Positions 1 through 11,824 of a stretch of 64,000 bases of DNA are shown piece after piece (position 1 is the stretch's first letter; every line of letters begins with the position of its first letter). The DNA is from Blastocladiella emersonii ATCC 22665. Taxonomy: Eukaryota; Fungi; Blastocladiomycota. The notes under the pieces are model-generated. The model was not told the DNA's origin. It did no database searches and worked only from the letters and a program-made list of their open reading frames with translations. Where the stretch lies: NCBI GenBank assembly GCA_025594325.1, contig JANHCV010000009.1:1364001-1428000 (forward strand), in the 5' to 3' direction. Position numbers and translations under genes: made by a program.

Positions 1-2388
1 GACAGCAGGTACCGCGTGACGCCGACGGGGACGGGCGACGGCGGCATCTGGCTGTCGGGCTCGGGCGCGGTGACGTCGGCGACCGGGTACTCGTCGGCCT
101 CGTCGCCCGTCTCGCTCTCGTCGCCGTCGGAGAAGCGGTCCTCGACATCGTCCTCGTACCCGCCGACCTCCTCGCCGGCGTGGTGGTCGTCGTCGCCGCT
201 GCTGCGCGAGTACTCGGCATCGGACCCGCTACGGTCTTGGTCGTTGCCAGCGTCATCGTCATCGACATCGTCATCTTCGTCGCTGCGGTCGCTGCCACTC
301 ACGTCCTCGTACCCGCTTCCATCGCTCTCCTCCTCCTCGTCGTCCTCGTCCGAGTGCGCTGCACGGCGGCGGGCGACGGGGACGGCGTTGACGGTGCCGA
401 GCCGCGCGTCGAGACTGGCCTGGCGTGGGTCGGCCGTAGGGGTGGCGGTGGCGGGAGACGGGCCCAGACGCGAGAAAATCGACTGATTCTTCGCCGGCGC
501 GTCGTCCTGCTTCTTCTCGCCCGCGAACGGCGACTTGGCAGCGGCCCCGGCGCCACCAATACCGCCGAACCCGGCGCCGCCGAGACTGCCGAACCCGGTG
601 AACGCGGGCTTCGGGGGCTGGTCGGGTGCGGGCGCAGCGGCCGCACCGAACGGCGAGCCCGTTGTGGGCGCACCCGTAGCAGCGGCCGCGCCGAACGAGG
701 TCGTGGACAGGACAGGCTTGGGCGCCGCGAACAGCGGTTTGGCGGCGGCGGCGCCGGAGGTGAAGGGCGAGGCCGTCGATCCCGACGACGTGAACGAGAA
801 GGGCAGGGACTTAGCGGGCGCCGCGGGCTCGCTGGCAGCGGCGGGCTTGGCCGGGAGCGCGCCGAACGCGAAGCCCGAGGCGGGCGCGGGCGGCGGGGGT
901 GGCGGGACTGCCACAGCCGCGGCGGCCGACGGGGCGGGGAGCGGCGCGGGGGCGACCATGCCGGCGAACTGCTTGCGTTCGTTGACGATGGGCATGTCGT
1001 AGACGTGCCACGCGACGAGGGTGCCCTCGTCGGTCAGGACCCATACGACGGGGAGGGCGGGGACGGGGCGGTCGTCTTCGGGGGACGGCGAGGGGAGGGT
1101 GGCGGTGGCGGTCCAGTCGATGGCGCACGCGACGGGGACAGCCTCGGCGCCGCGGTCGGCGGCGTCCTCGGGGGTCGGGACGATGGCGCGCACGTTCTCG
1201 TCGAGAACCCAGACGTCGAGCGGGGTGCCGGCGGCGACGAGGGTGTCGGTGGAGGCGGAAGTGGCGGCAAAGAGGAGCGGGGCGGTGGTGGCGCCTGGGA
1301 TCGGGGCAAAGTAGACGTCGACGGGCTTGTTCTCGCCCTCGAAGGTCGGGAACACGGGCGCGGTGGGCGCGAGGCGGTGCGAGTTGTCCTTCTGCAAAGA
1401 GCGGGCGGATGGCGCGGAGTCAGCGAATGCACGTCTCGAGCGCCTGCGCGTTTAGCGTACCCAGTTGTAGAACGAGGTGGCGAGATCGCGGGTCTCGGGG
1501 TCGGCGTAGACGATGACGACCGTCTCGTTGGTGAGCCAGTGGAGGGCGACGACGGCCTTGGTCTCGGTGGCCTCGTGGACGAGCGCGGGGTGCGAGTCCT
1601 TGACGTCGCCGGCAGCCGTGATCTGGGTCAGGGCGCCGGCCGCGTCGGCGTAGATGAGGCGCTTGCCCTTGGGGCTCCACGACGCGGCGGTGATGCCCTT
1701 GCCGGCCTGGTACGCGGTCAGGGCGCCCGAGGCGAGGTCGAGGACCCACAGGTCGCCCTCGTTGGAGAGCACGGCGGCTGTGGTGGCGGCGGCATCGGGG
1801 TTGGGCACAATGGCGCGCAGCGTGGTGCCTGAGGGCAGGTCGACGGTGAAGCGCCGCGTCGCGTTCTAGACGAGTGGATCGTGGGTTAGCGGCGGTCTGC
1901 CACGACGGTGGCAGTTCATGAGAACGTACGCCAGCCTTTAGCGCGGCCGTGTCGAGCGCGACGATGCGCGACTCGGACCCGACGATCACCGAGAGCCCGT
2001 CGGGGGCAAAGTGGACGTGGTGGACGGGCACGGCGTCGTCCTTGAGGAGGACCGTGGTCTTGACTTGGTCGAGCGACTCGGTCTCGGACGCGTACGTGGC
2101 GTGCAGGTCATTGAGGGTGGCGACCGAGACGGCGTCGAGCGGGCCCTCGGCCCAGACGGCGAGGCCGTAGCGGTTCGAGACGGCGAGCAGGTGGACGTGG
2201 TGCGTGCGGTCGGCCGGGTACGCCCCGGTCGCGACCACGTCCTTGCGCACGGTGCGCGTCTCGCCGAGGATGCGGAGCTCGAGCTACATCGTGAACATGT
2301 GTGTGAGCATGGATCGAGAGGCTCGGGAACTGACAGAGCAACGCACGTCCGAAACCTCGACCTCGAAGATCTCCTCGACGGCAGCCAT
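1..2388 (-). CDS. NUP159: Nucleoporin Nup159/Nup214-like (N-terminal beta-propeller, FG repeats, acidic tract); 3' end runs off the window
   Basis: Spliced model: exons 2388-2347, 2283-1930, 1865-1461, 1391-<1, with GT..AG introns of 63-69 nt. Contains AASWSPKGKRL (Nup214 propeller WSPKGK motif), followed by FG-type repeats (SGFAFGA, TSFGAA, SPFGAA, FTGFGSLGGAGFGG). Confidence 0.8.
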
Positions 2389-4100
2389 GGCGGGATGCGG
2401 AGCGGGGTGCGAGATGGGTATATGCGGAAAGCCCAGGTCGCCGCGAGCGTGTTGCGTGGAGTGGTGTGGGTGTGGTGCGTCGGCGTCGCGCCGTACGAGC
2501 TCGCGAGGAAACAGCGGCGACGAGCGCGCGACGTTCGTCGACTCATTTTTCGGCGCGGCGTGACGGCAGCGTGACGCTCAGCTTCGCGTCTTTCGCCTCC
2601 CGCCTGTCCCCTCCGGCCTGCTCTCTCTCCCTCGTCGCTGCCGTGACGCCCACTATCATCACCGCAAAGCAATGACCAGCCATGGAACCTACCGCATAAC
2701 GACTACCGCCTGCCGAGGCGGCCGAGCGTCATGACGCCGACCCCGACCCCAAAGTCTACGCCGGGCTCCCCCTCCAGCGCCAGCGTCACCATCCCCGCCA
2801 ACCCGGGTCCGACAGCGTTGCGGCATGCGCACCGAGAAATGGCATCTAAGCACCTTGACAATGCGCTGCGGGCACCACCGCCGTGTTGTACGTCGCGCAC
2901 CGCCGCCCCTGCTCCGAGTGAACCCACGCCCCAGGAACTCACACGAGCGTTTGCGTGGACTCGTAGCGAGTGCGGCAGTCGCATGCTTTGACCGCAAAAT
3001 ATACAAAGCTCGACGCGCTCGCCCTGCTTCCCGCCGTCTTCCGCAAGCTGTAGCCGCGCGGGCCGTGCGACGCCCCTCACGTCGACGCCGTATCCCGTCG
3101 GCACCTCGACATGACGCTGCTTGCCGCCCGCGGCCGCCATTACCGCGCCGCATCTCGTCGCCGGACTGCGACCGACCTTCCTCGCCGATCCCCGCGGGGT
3201 CGCCGACCGCGCTCCCGCGCGTTCTGGTTAACGACGGCGCCTTCATCGCTCTTCCTCATGACCGTGCCTGCGCGCGTGCAAGGTGGTCCCGCGTGCCGCC
3301 ACGCGCTTTGCCGAACTTGCGGCCGAGACGTCCACGCGGCTGTGCGCGCGCCACGAACGGCAGCAGCGAGCAGGCACTTGCCCGCCCCGCCCAGGTCAGC
3401 ACCACGCTCTCGATACTCGGGACCCGCCCCGTCGTATCGCCGCTGCGCGTCGGTCGATTGGCGCGTGGTGGTCGCTCAGCGCCTTGGTTGCTCGCTTCGA
3501 CCGCCTCATCGCGACGGCCGCGTCCATGGTCCGGTACGCCATCGACGCGCGGGTCGCCTTCCGCCAGCCCCATGGGCGAACCCGGTGTGAGTGGTGCTCG
3601 AATCCGCGGCATGCGTTGCGCCGGTTCTCGCGTCGCCACATGCTCTCACCACCCGGACTTTGCGGTCGAGACTGTGACGGCAGTAGCCGTAACGGATTTG
3701 CGCGTGCCCTCAATACACAAAACTTTCCCCCAAACACGTCGTGCGCGAGGTGAGGCGCTGTCGGCCGGGTGGCGAAGCAGTGCGACTACCGCTCACACCG
3801 CCGACGCGTCGCTGCTCAGCGCGTTAGCTCTCCCCTCCTCCCACCCGCACCATGAAACCCGCCAACGCCCATGCAGGCGCAAATGAAACTCTAGCTTCAT
3901 GCAATCGACCGCCCGGACCGCGGCCATGCGTCTGGGTCCTCGGCGCGGGTCTGCTCTGACCCGAGTTCATCACGATTGCGATCAGTGTCCAGCTCGCGCG
4001 ATTGAGCACGACCGCGGCCTCGCACACCCATGACGCCCGCGCTGATTCGAACTGGACGCCTTCGGCTTGCGGGACGGCACCGCGGCAGCCAGTTCGATCA

Positions 4101-4223
4101 CCGCGCGTGGAGACTGATGTACCAGTAGCGTACGCTCGTGAGAGCCGGCAAGCAGCAGCAGACGTCGCAGCGTGCCTGCCGACAACGAGCGTTCGCTACT
4201 CTTACGTCGGTCTCCACCCGCGG
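4101..4223. repeat. Imperfect inverted repeat (fold-back hairpin), about 50-bp arms and 20-nt loop
   Basis: 4101-4139 matches the reverse complement of the 4223 end at 33 of 39 positions. Both strands translate to PRVETDV..A.AR..RQA..DV in the ORF track. Confidence 0.85.
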
Positions 4224-5302
4224 CAACGGAAATGAGCGAGAGCACATGTCCGGCGCTCGGGGTGGTCGCGCGACAGCCGCTCCGAGCGTCCGCGCCTCTT
4301 CCGCCGACCGACGTGATCCGGTGTAGGCTGCCCGTCGCGTCTCACTCGCACACGAGCAGAAGTGCTCATGGACGCCGAGTTGCAGCAAGTCGTCCGTGCG
4401 GGTCGGCACCCGGCGGCGCGCTGCTGCGGAAGAGGCCTGCTGTGGCGACAGCGCGGGCATCGCCTTCGCCGCCCGCATCACGCCAACTGGGATCTCCGCC
4501 CTCACTGCCACCTGCGCCCGTGTAGCTTCAGTGTCCTGACCTAGGTGACGGGTTCTGGCAGACGCGCGTGGGGTCGATTCCCGAGGGACACGGGGCCGTG
4601 CGCGGCGCCGCGTGCCCGGGTTGACGCATCGATCACGCGGCCATGTGCAGCGCGTCGACGCGTTGCCGGTGCAAACGAATCGAACTTCCTCCGCTGACGC
4701 TCTCACGCCCCCGCCACCATGTAGCCCTGATCGACTCGATGAAACGACCATGGATCACGGACCAGCGCGTGTTCCCGCGCTCGCGGTACCGGCCCAGCGT
4801 CGCGATCCGCGCCGACTGGGGTCGTGACCCGGCCGGGCGAGCTGTATCCTCTCGGGAACAGGAACTCGGCGCGCTCGTTCCCGCCGTGGCTATTCTTCCC
4901 TCGAGACGCTCGTCTTCCTTCCTGCCCAATGAACTTTCATATACTCGCGTCCGCGCGTTCCTCGTGACCCGCACCCCGATCCGCTCCCACCCGCGAACCC
5001 GACTGCCGCGAGCTACTGCTGAACCCCTTGAGCAGCTTCTCGCCTGACCGCCTCGGCTGGGCATCACCCTTCTCCTCTCGGCACCACCCTCACTTCGCTC
5101 ACGGCCACTCGACCCTTGACGTTCACTCTTCTCAACGCGCGTGGTACAGCTCATGAAGAAAGTCAGGCTGATTCGAGGGTTCTAGACATGGTTGCTGGGT
5201 CAAACCCGCGTCCGCGGATCACGGCTTCGGTCACGCGGGTGGCGCAGCGAGGACGCGCGAGCGGAGACAGCCACGTGTTCGGTCAGGCCGTGTCTCGCAC
5301 CG

Positions 5303-5428
5303 CGCGTCTCGCGTCTCGCGTCTCGCGTCTCGCGTCTCGCGTCTCGCGTCTCGCGTCTCGCGTCTCGCGTCTCGCGTCTCGCGTCTCGCGTCTCGCGTCT
5401 CGCGTCTCGCGTCTCGCGTCTCGCGTCT
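5303..5428. repeat. Perfect 7-bp tandem repeat (CGCGTCT)18
   Basis: 18 exact units counted directly in the sequence. Confidence 0.97.
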
Positions 5429-5799
5429 CACACTTTGGACGTGTTTTGTCTCCTCAGCGGCCGCGGCGCGGCACTCGAATGAAAATTATCTCCTAGATTG
5501 CGATCTGGACCGCTCGCGGAGCGACAGCTTGCACCTTCTCTCTCCCGGATCGCTGAACCAGATCCACCCCATAGACCAAGATGTCCCGTCCCATGAGTCG
5601 CACCGCTTCGTCGTCTCCGTCCGGCGGCGCACTGGCCCCCGCTCGCGCCACGCCGACACCTGTTCCCAGCGCCTCGCCCTCAGCCGCCGCAACGCCGACC
5701 GTGCAGAGTGCGCAGGGCCTGGCCGAGCCCATCACAGAGTAATTCCTGCACGGCTCAACACACTCGCTGCAGCAGGTCCCGACGGAACCCGTCGACCTG

Positions 5800-6300
5800 G
5801 TGTCCAGTTTGCAGTTCGCGATTGCTCACTGCGCGGGGCAGATGGGCGTGTGGGTTCACGAGCAATCGCAGAAGCTCAAGCAGAAGAACAACGAGATCCG
5901 CGTCCTGCAGACGGCGCGCGGCCGTGTTGATGCCAAGCGCGCGACGGCGATCCAGGAGCTCAAGGACGCCAAGGAGCCCATCCAGGACAAGGACGCGCAG
6001 CTGCAGCAGCAGCGCACCAAGATCCGCGCCCTGCAGACGGCGCGAGGCCGTGTCGAGGCCGGGCGCGCGGCGGCGACTCAGCGGCTCAATAATACCGAGA
6101 CGGTCGTCCGGTCCAAGGACACGCAGCTGCAGCAGCAGCGCACCGAGATCCGCGCCCTGCAGTCGGAGCGCGGCTGTGTCGAGGCCGCGCGCGCAGCGGC
6201 GGATTGGGAGTTTAATTACAAACGCGAACGTGCCGCGGACGCGGCGCGGACCAAGGATGAGGAGCTCGCCAAGATGACCGAGCAGCTCGAGTTCGCCTAG
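5800..6300 (+). pseudogene. Coiled-coil ORF with three 42-aa (126-bp) repeats; probably interrupted by an in-frame TAG at 6298
   Basis: The (E/K)IR(V/A)LQ..RG.V unit starts at 5893, 6019 and 6145 (exact 126-bp period). The frame continues after the TAG as EELKAQGKWLYDV. Confidence 0.45.
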
Positions 6301-6684
6301 GAAGAGCTCAAGGCGCAGGGCAAGTGGCTCTATGATGTCGCTGCGGCTCTCGGGTATGAACCTCTGCATTGTCACAGCATCCTCGTCACGGCTGATACTC
6401 CGCCCGTGCACGTAGTACCAACAACCGCGGCAGAAGCGGGGTGGGGCAGAACGGCGCCGCGGCCCGCCAGGCTACGCCCCACTTCCCCGGTGGCGCGGCA
6501 GGCATGGGCGGCCACGCGGGCTACGACGGCAGCAGCAGCTCTGCGGCGGGTCGGCACGCTTAATCGCTTCCCTGCCAACCTCAAGCTTGATCGCGTGTGG
6601 CGGGTGAGGACACGGAAACATGATGCTCTGACCGATTCGCGCTGTTCAATTTGATTATTTCTCTTAATCTCAGTGTTTCGATGC

Positions 6685-7635
6685 GCGTACGTTGACGACC
6701 TGACGCTTGTGGCGCAGTCACTCGAGGCACGCTGCCGCAGTCCCTGAACTTCGCCGTAGGCGGCAAAGAGGTCCTCATCCTCGGTCCCGTGGAGCCCGCA
6801 CGCATCCTCGGCGCGTGGTTCAGTGGCAACGGCAGAAACGCGCCCGCGCTCCAGACAGTCAACGCGCTTGCCAACCGGGATGCCGCCGCGCATCTACCGC
6901 TAGGTGTTGCAGCCGCCATCCGTACGGATCTGGCTACGCTTCTCACGGTGCGCTGGCGCGGCTGCGACCACTACTCGGACCCGCAATGCGCTCTCCGCCG
7001 CCTACACAGCGCGACACGACTCGCTACTCGCCCTGACCGCGGCCGCTGATGTCGCGCCAGCGCTCATTGACGTCCCAGCCCTCGCCACCGCGCTTCGGGG
7101 AGGCCCGCGCCGTGCCCGCCCAAGCGGATCTCTCGCTGAAAACTATCTCCTGAGCTTCCAGCTCCGCGCACTCGCGGGCCAGCTGCCGACCCGCGCCTGT
7201 CTGCACCAATTCTGGCCGCACCGCTACAAGTCGCCCAACTGCGCCGAGTGCCTCAAAACTGGTGTCGAGGTCGCCGACACGCAGGCGCACGCGTTCGCGT
7301 GTCCCGCTTCGCGCGCGCTTGTCCCCGCGGCACTCGACAACGCCACTCCCCGCATCAGCAGCGCCCTCGTGGCGGTCGCAGAAGCCAAAATTGGCGGCGG
7401 CCTTCGCGCAAGCGTCGCTGGCTCGCTCACCAAGTGTCTCCTCAACCCAATCCGAATCGAACCCACTGTGGCCGCCATCGTGGACGCGCCACTCGTCGCG
7501 TGGTTCAAGCGGATTTACAAGCTAGCTGTCCGTTGGGCGTGCAGTGCAGTAACCCATCATTGTAACCATCACACAAGGACACAGCAATCGGTTCCCCCAA
7601 TTTCAGTCATAAATATATTTCGAAAATAACAAAAA
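6685..7635 (+). mobile_element. 5'-truncated, internally deleted non-LTR retrotransposon (LINE) relic
   Basis: AYVDDLTLV RT catalytic motif at 6685. Thumb-like EPARILGAWF in a shifted frame. C-terminal CxxC-x11-H-x3-C knuckle (CAECLKTGVEVADTQAHAFAC). A-rich 3' end near 7620-7636. Confidence 0.8.
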
Positions 7636-7651
7636 GAGCAATGGTGCTCAA

Positions 7652-8419
7652 CTAACACAGGATGATCGCTTCAGCCAACGAGTCATGGACGTTGGCAAGC
7701 TCCTCAACAACGTGAGTCAGGGAGCAAATCAGTTCCTCCACGGCCGCCAGCTTATCTCCAAACGCTGTCATCATCCCCGCAGTGATCCTGCATCCCAACA
7801 GGCAAGGATTGGCAGCAAGGTCGTCCAGCGAGAACGCAGCTTCGCTTAGCCGCGCGCGTGCGCAAGCAAGTTGATTGAGTAGTTGGCCCAAATGGTACAG
7901 GGCGCCACCACCACCACCATATGCTCGTTGATGACATAGGAATTTGGACGTCTTTTCAATGCCCTTGGTCGACTCTGTAAGCGCGGCTAGCACCCGAGAG
8001 TGTGCCCGGAGCGATAAATGCATTCTTTGCAGCGAGTCCTCGCACATTAACAGGTGCACCGAAACAGGCGCACACCTTGCGACACGAAGGCGGAGGGTCG
8101 CGGCACGCGCGGCCATACAGCAATTGGCTGTCACCAGGCTCTCACGCTCGTTGTGAATCTCGTCTCGATACCCCTTCATGAGGCACTCTAGTACAGTGAC
8201 GGGTTGGGCAGGGCTGGCGTTGAGCATTATTGAAAAGCGTGCTGTTCCATGCGAGCTTAAGTCATGTCGGAGGCAAGGAGAGAGAGCAGCTCGTTGTTGA
8301 CACGGATGTGTTTCCGCTTGCGTCTCGGACTCAGCAAAGCCACCTCGACCTAACACTGGTTGGCTCGCCTGGCTAAAGTGGGGCGTATGGCTTGGTGCCT
8401 GAGCTTGCGTGCACTTCAC
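7652..8419 (-). CDS. Hypothetical, predicted helical protein in a lower-GC segment
   Basis: 255-aa open frame with amphipathic helical composition. No recognisable motif, and codon usage is unlike neighbouring core genes. Confidence 0.33.
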   Translation of the reverse strand: MKCTQAQAPSHTPHFSQASQPVLGRGGFAESETQAETHPCQQRAALSPCLRHDLSSHGTARFSIMLNASPAQPVTVLECLMKGYRDEIHNERESLVTANCCMAARAATLRLRVARCAPVSVHLLMCEDSLQRMHLSLRAHSRVLAALTESTKGIEKTSKFLCHQRAYGGGGGALYHLGQLLNQLACARARLSEAAFSLDDLAANPCLLGCRITAGMMTAFGDKLAAVEELICSLTHVVEELANVHDSLAEAIILC

Positions 8420-9038
8420 ATTCTCATGTCCACACCCACAATCGCGATTCTCTTCCTCCTCGCTTTCTCAAGAGAGGTTTCCAGCTCAGTTCTGGGCACG
8501 GCTCGCCGGTGATTGTGATTCAAAGTTGAACTACCACTCGCGGCGAAGGAGCACGGGCGAAACGAGTGTGGATAAAGAAGTGGTTGCGCTTGAAGTGACA
8601 GTCGGCCCTGTACGCATTGTTCAGCTATTGCCACGTTGGTCGATAAAATCTCGGCAAACAACGAGAACGGGTGCCGAGTCCTCGAAGATTCCAGCCCCAA
8701 ACGACAAGAATTACCCGAGCGTGCTGCAACACACGCAATGAGCCGGCAATCACACTCTCCTTCACTCGGTCGAGTTCGCGGTGTGCGCTACTAATCCGGT
8801 TTCCGCGTGAGACACAGCTCAGGTACATGCGACTCTATTGCGCAAAGTTAGGGATCGCCCAGATTTCCTACCGGCGTGTGGGGGTTCCGCGTCGCGGTGA
8901 GCGCGTCGCGAATAGCGCGGTCATGTGAGTGGCGCTGTGACTCGGCCAGCCCGATGTTGAAGCGCGAGCGAGGCCGTCCCGGCTCTCCCTCTCTCCCTCA
9001 CTCACCCGCGGGTCCATGTATCTCGGCTGAGTGCCGCA

Positions 9039-11755
9039 ATGTTGCGCATTAGCTCTCTCGCGCGGACAGCGCGCCTGTGCCGCGTCGCGCCCTCGCCGAT
9101 CGCGCGGCCCGTCGCCGCGGTCCTCCCGCGATGGGCCTCGACCGCGACGAAACCGGCCACCGCTGCCGCTGTTACCTCGAACGAGACCCAGTCTGCGCCG
9201 CCCAAGTTCCGCTTCGCGTACGACCTGGCGTCGGTCGAGGCCAAGTGGCGCAACGCGCCGATGCCGCGGGTCCCCGCGTCCGCGACGACCGACAAGCACT
9301 ACGTGCTGTCCATGTTCCCGTACCCGTCGGGCAACCTGCACATGGGCCACGTGCGCGTGTACACGCTGTCGGACATGCTGTCGCGGTTCCACCGGATGCG
9401 CGGGCGCGCCGTGGTGCACCCGATGGGGTGGGACGCGTTCGGGCTGCCCGCCGAGAACGCCGCCATGGAGCGCAACGTGTCGCCGAGCGACTGGACGCTG
9501 TCCAACATCCAGCACATGAAGCGCCAGCTGCAGCTGATCGGCCTCGATTTCGACTGGGACCGCGAGATCGCGACGTGCGCGCCCGAGTACTACCGCCACA
9601 CCCAGGCGCTGTTCCTGCGCATGTTCGACGCCGGCCTCGCGTACCGCAAGGAGGCCGTCGTCAACTGGGACCCCGTCGACAAGACGGTCCTCGCCAACGA
9701 GCAGGTCGACGCCGACGGCCGCTCGTGGCGCTCCGGCGCCCTCGTCGAGAAGAAGAAGCTCAACCAGTGGTTCCTCCGCATCACCGACTTTGCCGACGTG
9801 CGTTTCCCTCACTACGCTCTGTCCCGGACGAGTCTCACCCCGAATTCCTTCCCAAACAGGACCTCCTCGCCGGCCTCGACAAGCTCGACTGGCCCGCCGA
9901 GGTCAAGCAGATGCAGCGCAACTGGATCGGCAAGTCGCGCGGCATGCACTTTGATTTTTCCGTCCCTTCTGTCGAAACCCCGGTCCGCGTCTTCACCAGC
10001 CGCCCCGAGACCCTGCACGGCGTGACCTTCCTCGCCATCGCCCCCTCGCACCCGCTCGCCTCGTCGCCCGCGATCCCGGCCGCCCGCCGCGCCGCCGTCG
10101 CCGACGCCGCGCGCGCGTACGAGCGCGAGCAGCAGTTCAACGCCGCGTACGGCGAGACCAAGCGCGGCGTCGACACGGGTGTGCGGGCCGTGCACCCGGT
10201 GACGCGCGCGGAGATCCCCGTGTACGTGACCAACTACGTGCTCGGCGACTACGGCACCGGCGCCGTCATGGGCGTCCCCGCGCACGACGAGCGCGACGCC
10301 GAGTTTGCTGCCGCGCACGGGATTGCGGCGGTGGAGGTGATCGACGAGGCGTCGGGCCTGCTCGTCAACAGCGGCGCGATGACGGGGATGACGCCCGCGG
10401 CCGCGACGCAGGCGCTCGCCGCCCAAAAGGTCGGGACTGAGACGACCACGTACAAGCTGCGCGACTGGCTGATCTCGCGGCAGCGGTACTGGGGCTGTCC
10501 GATCCCGATCGTGCACTGCCCCGACTGCGGGCCCGTTGGCGTGCCCGAGACGCAGCTGCCCGTGCCGCTCGCGCCGTCCATGGAGTCGTTCGCGACGCAC
10601 GACCGGTCGTGCGCGTGCCCGAAATGCGGCAACACGTCGGCGGTGCGCGACGCGGATACCATGGACACGTTCGTCGACTCGTCGTGGTATTTCTTCCGGT
10701 TCCTCGACCCGCACAACACGGCCGCGCCGTTCGACCCCGCGGCGGTCGCGCGCGGGATGCCCGTGGACCTGTACGTCGGCGGGATCGAGCACGCGATCCT
10801 GCACCTGCTGTACGCGCGGTTCTTCGCCAAGTTCGTCGACCGGCACGTCGCGCCGCTGCCCAACGCCGCCGAGCCGTTCCAGAAGCTCCTCGCGCAGGGC
10901 ATGGTGCACGGGCGCACCCTGCGGGACCCGGACTCGGGGCGGTACCTGACGCCCGCGGACCTGGTCCGCGCGGCAGATGGCACCGTGACGATGCGCGACG
11001 GGCGCGCGCCGCGCGTCAGCTACGAGAAAATGTCCAAGTCCAAGCACAACGGGGTCGCGCCCGAGGACGTGATCCGCGAGTACGGCAGCGACGTGGCCCG
11101 CGCGTACATCATCGCCAAGGCGCCGCCCGCGCAGGTCCTCGAGTGGGACGACGACGCGATCGTCGGGTCCGCGCGGTGGGCGAACCGCGTCCACGCGCTC
11201 GTCGCGAAACGGCAGACGGACCCGGCGCCGTTCACGCCGTCGGTCGACGCGTCCGCGGAGATGGCGCCCGAGGAGCGCAACCTGTGGGCGACGACCAACG
11301 ACCTGCACGCCGCCATCACGCACTCGTTCGAGACGACTACCGCGCTCAACACGGTCCCGTCGAACCTGATCAAGCTGACGCACGCGCTCGCCGACTACTC
11401 CGGCCCGCTCCCGTCGCGCGTGTTCGATACCGCGACGCTGCGGCTCGTCCAGCTCATGGCGCCGCTGACGCCATGTCTCGCACAGGAGCTGTGGAGCGTG
11501 CTGGGCGTGCCCGGCAGCGTGTGGGATGCGTGGCCCGAGTCGGTGGCCGTCGCGCGTGACCTCGTCAGCGTCGTGGTCCAGGTCAACGGCAAGACGCGCG
11601 GCACGCTCTCGGTGCCCGCGGGCGAGATGACGGACGTGCAGCGGATCGCGCGCGAGTCGGACGTCGCGCGCAAGTGGGTCGCGGATAAGCAGGTCAAGCG
11701 CGCGATTGTCGCCAAGGGCGGGAAGCTGGTCAACTTTGTGGTGGTCGGCGCGTAG
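9039..11755 (+). CDS. NAM2: Mitochondrial (bacterial-type) leucyl-tRNA synthetase
   Basis: [13 protein letters not shown] (HIGH motif), [23 protein letters not shown] and KMSKS. Arg-rich N-terminal presequence. One intron at 9798-9859 joins the two ORF-track frames. Confidence 0.96.
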
Positions 11756-11824
11756 CGCAGCGTAAGTGAGGTGGGAGTATATTTCTTCTTCGAGTAAAGC
11801 AAAAGGTATCCGAGACGATAGCGA

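Noticed and set aside
180-1832. 550-aa plus-strand ORF and many other long ORFs antisense to or overlapping real genes (e.g. 9812-11383, 16588-18285, 18618-21452, 45610-47685)
   Set aside because: Shadow ORFs caused by extreme GC3 bias. They are Arg/Gly-rich with no motifs, and the opposite strand has the recognisable genes.
2680-3900. Gene-like fragments (MEPTA*..., WWSLSALVARFDRLIATAASMVRY)
   Set aside because: Stops and frameshifts with no recognisable domain; a model could not be supported.
5135-5225. Possible tRNA or SINE head upstream of the heptamer repeat (GGTTGCTGGGTCAAACCCG resembles a T-arm)
   Set aside because: No canonical TTCRA loop, poor stem pairing, and no acceptor or anticodon arms could be built.
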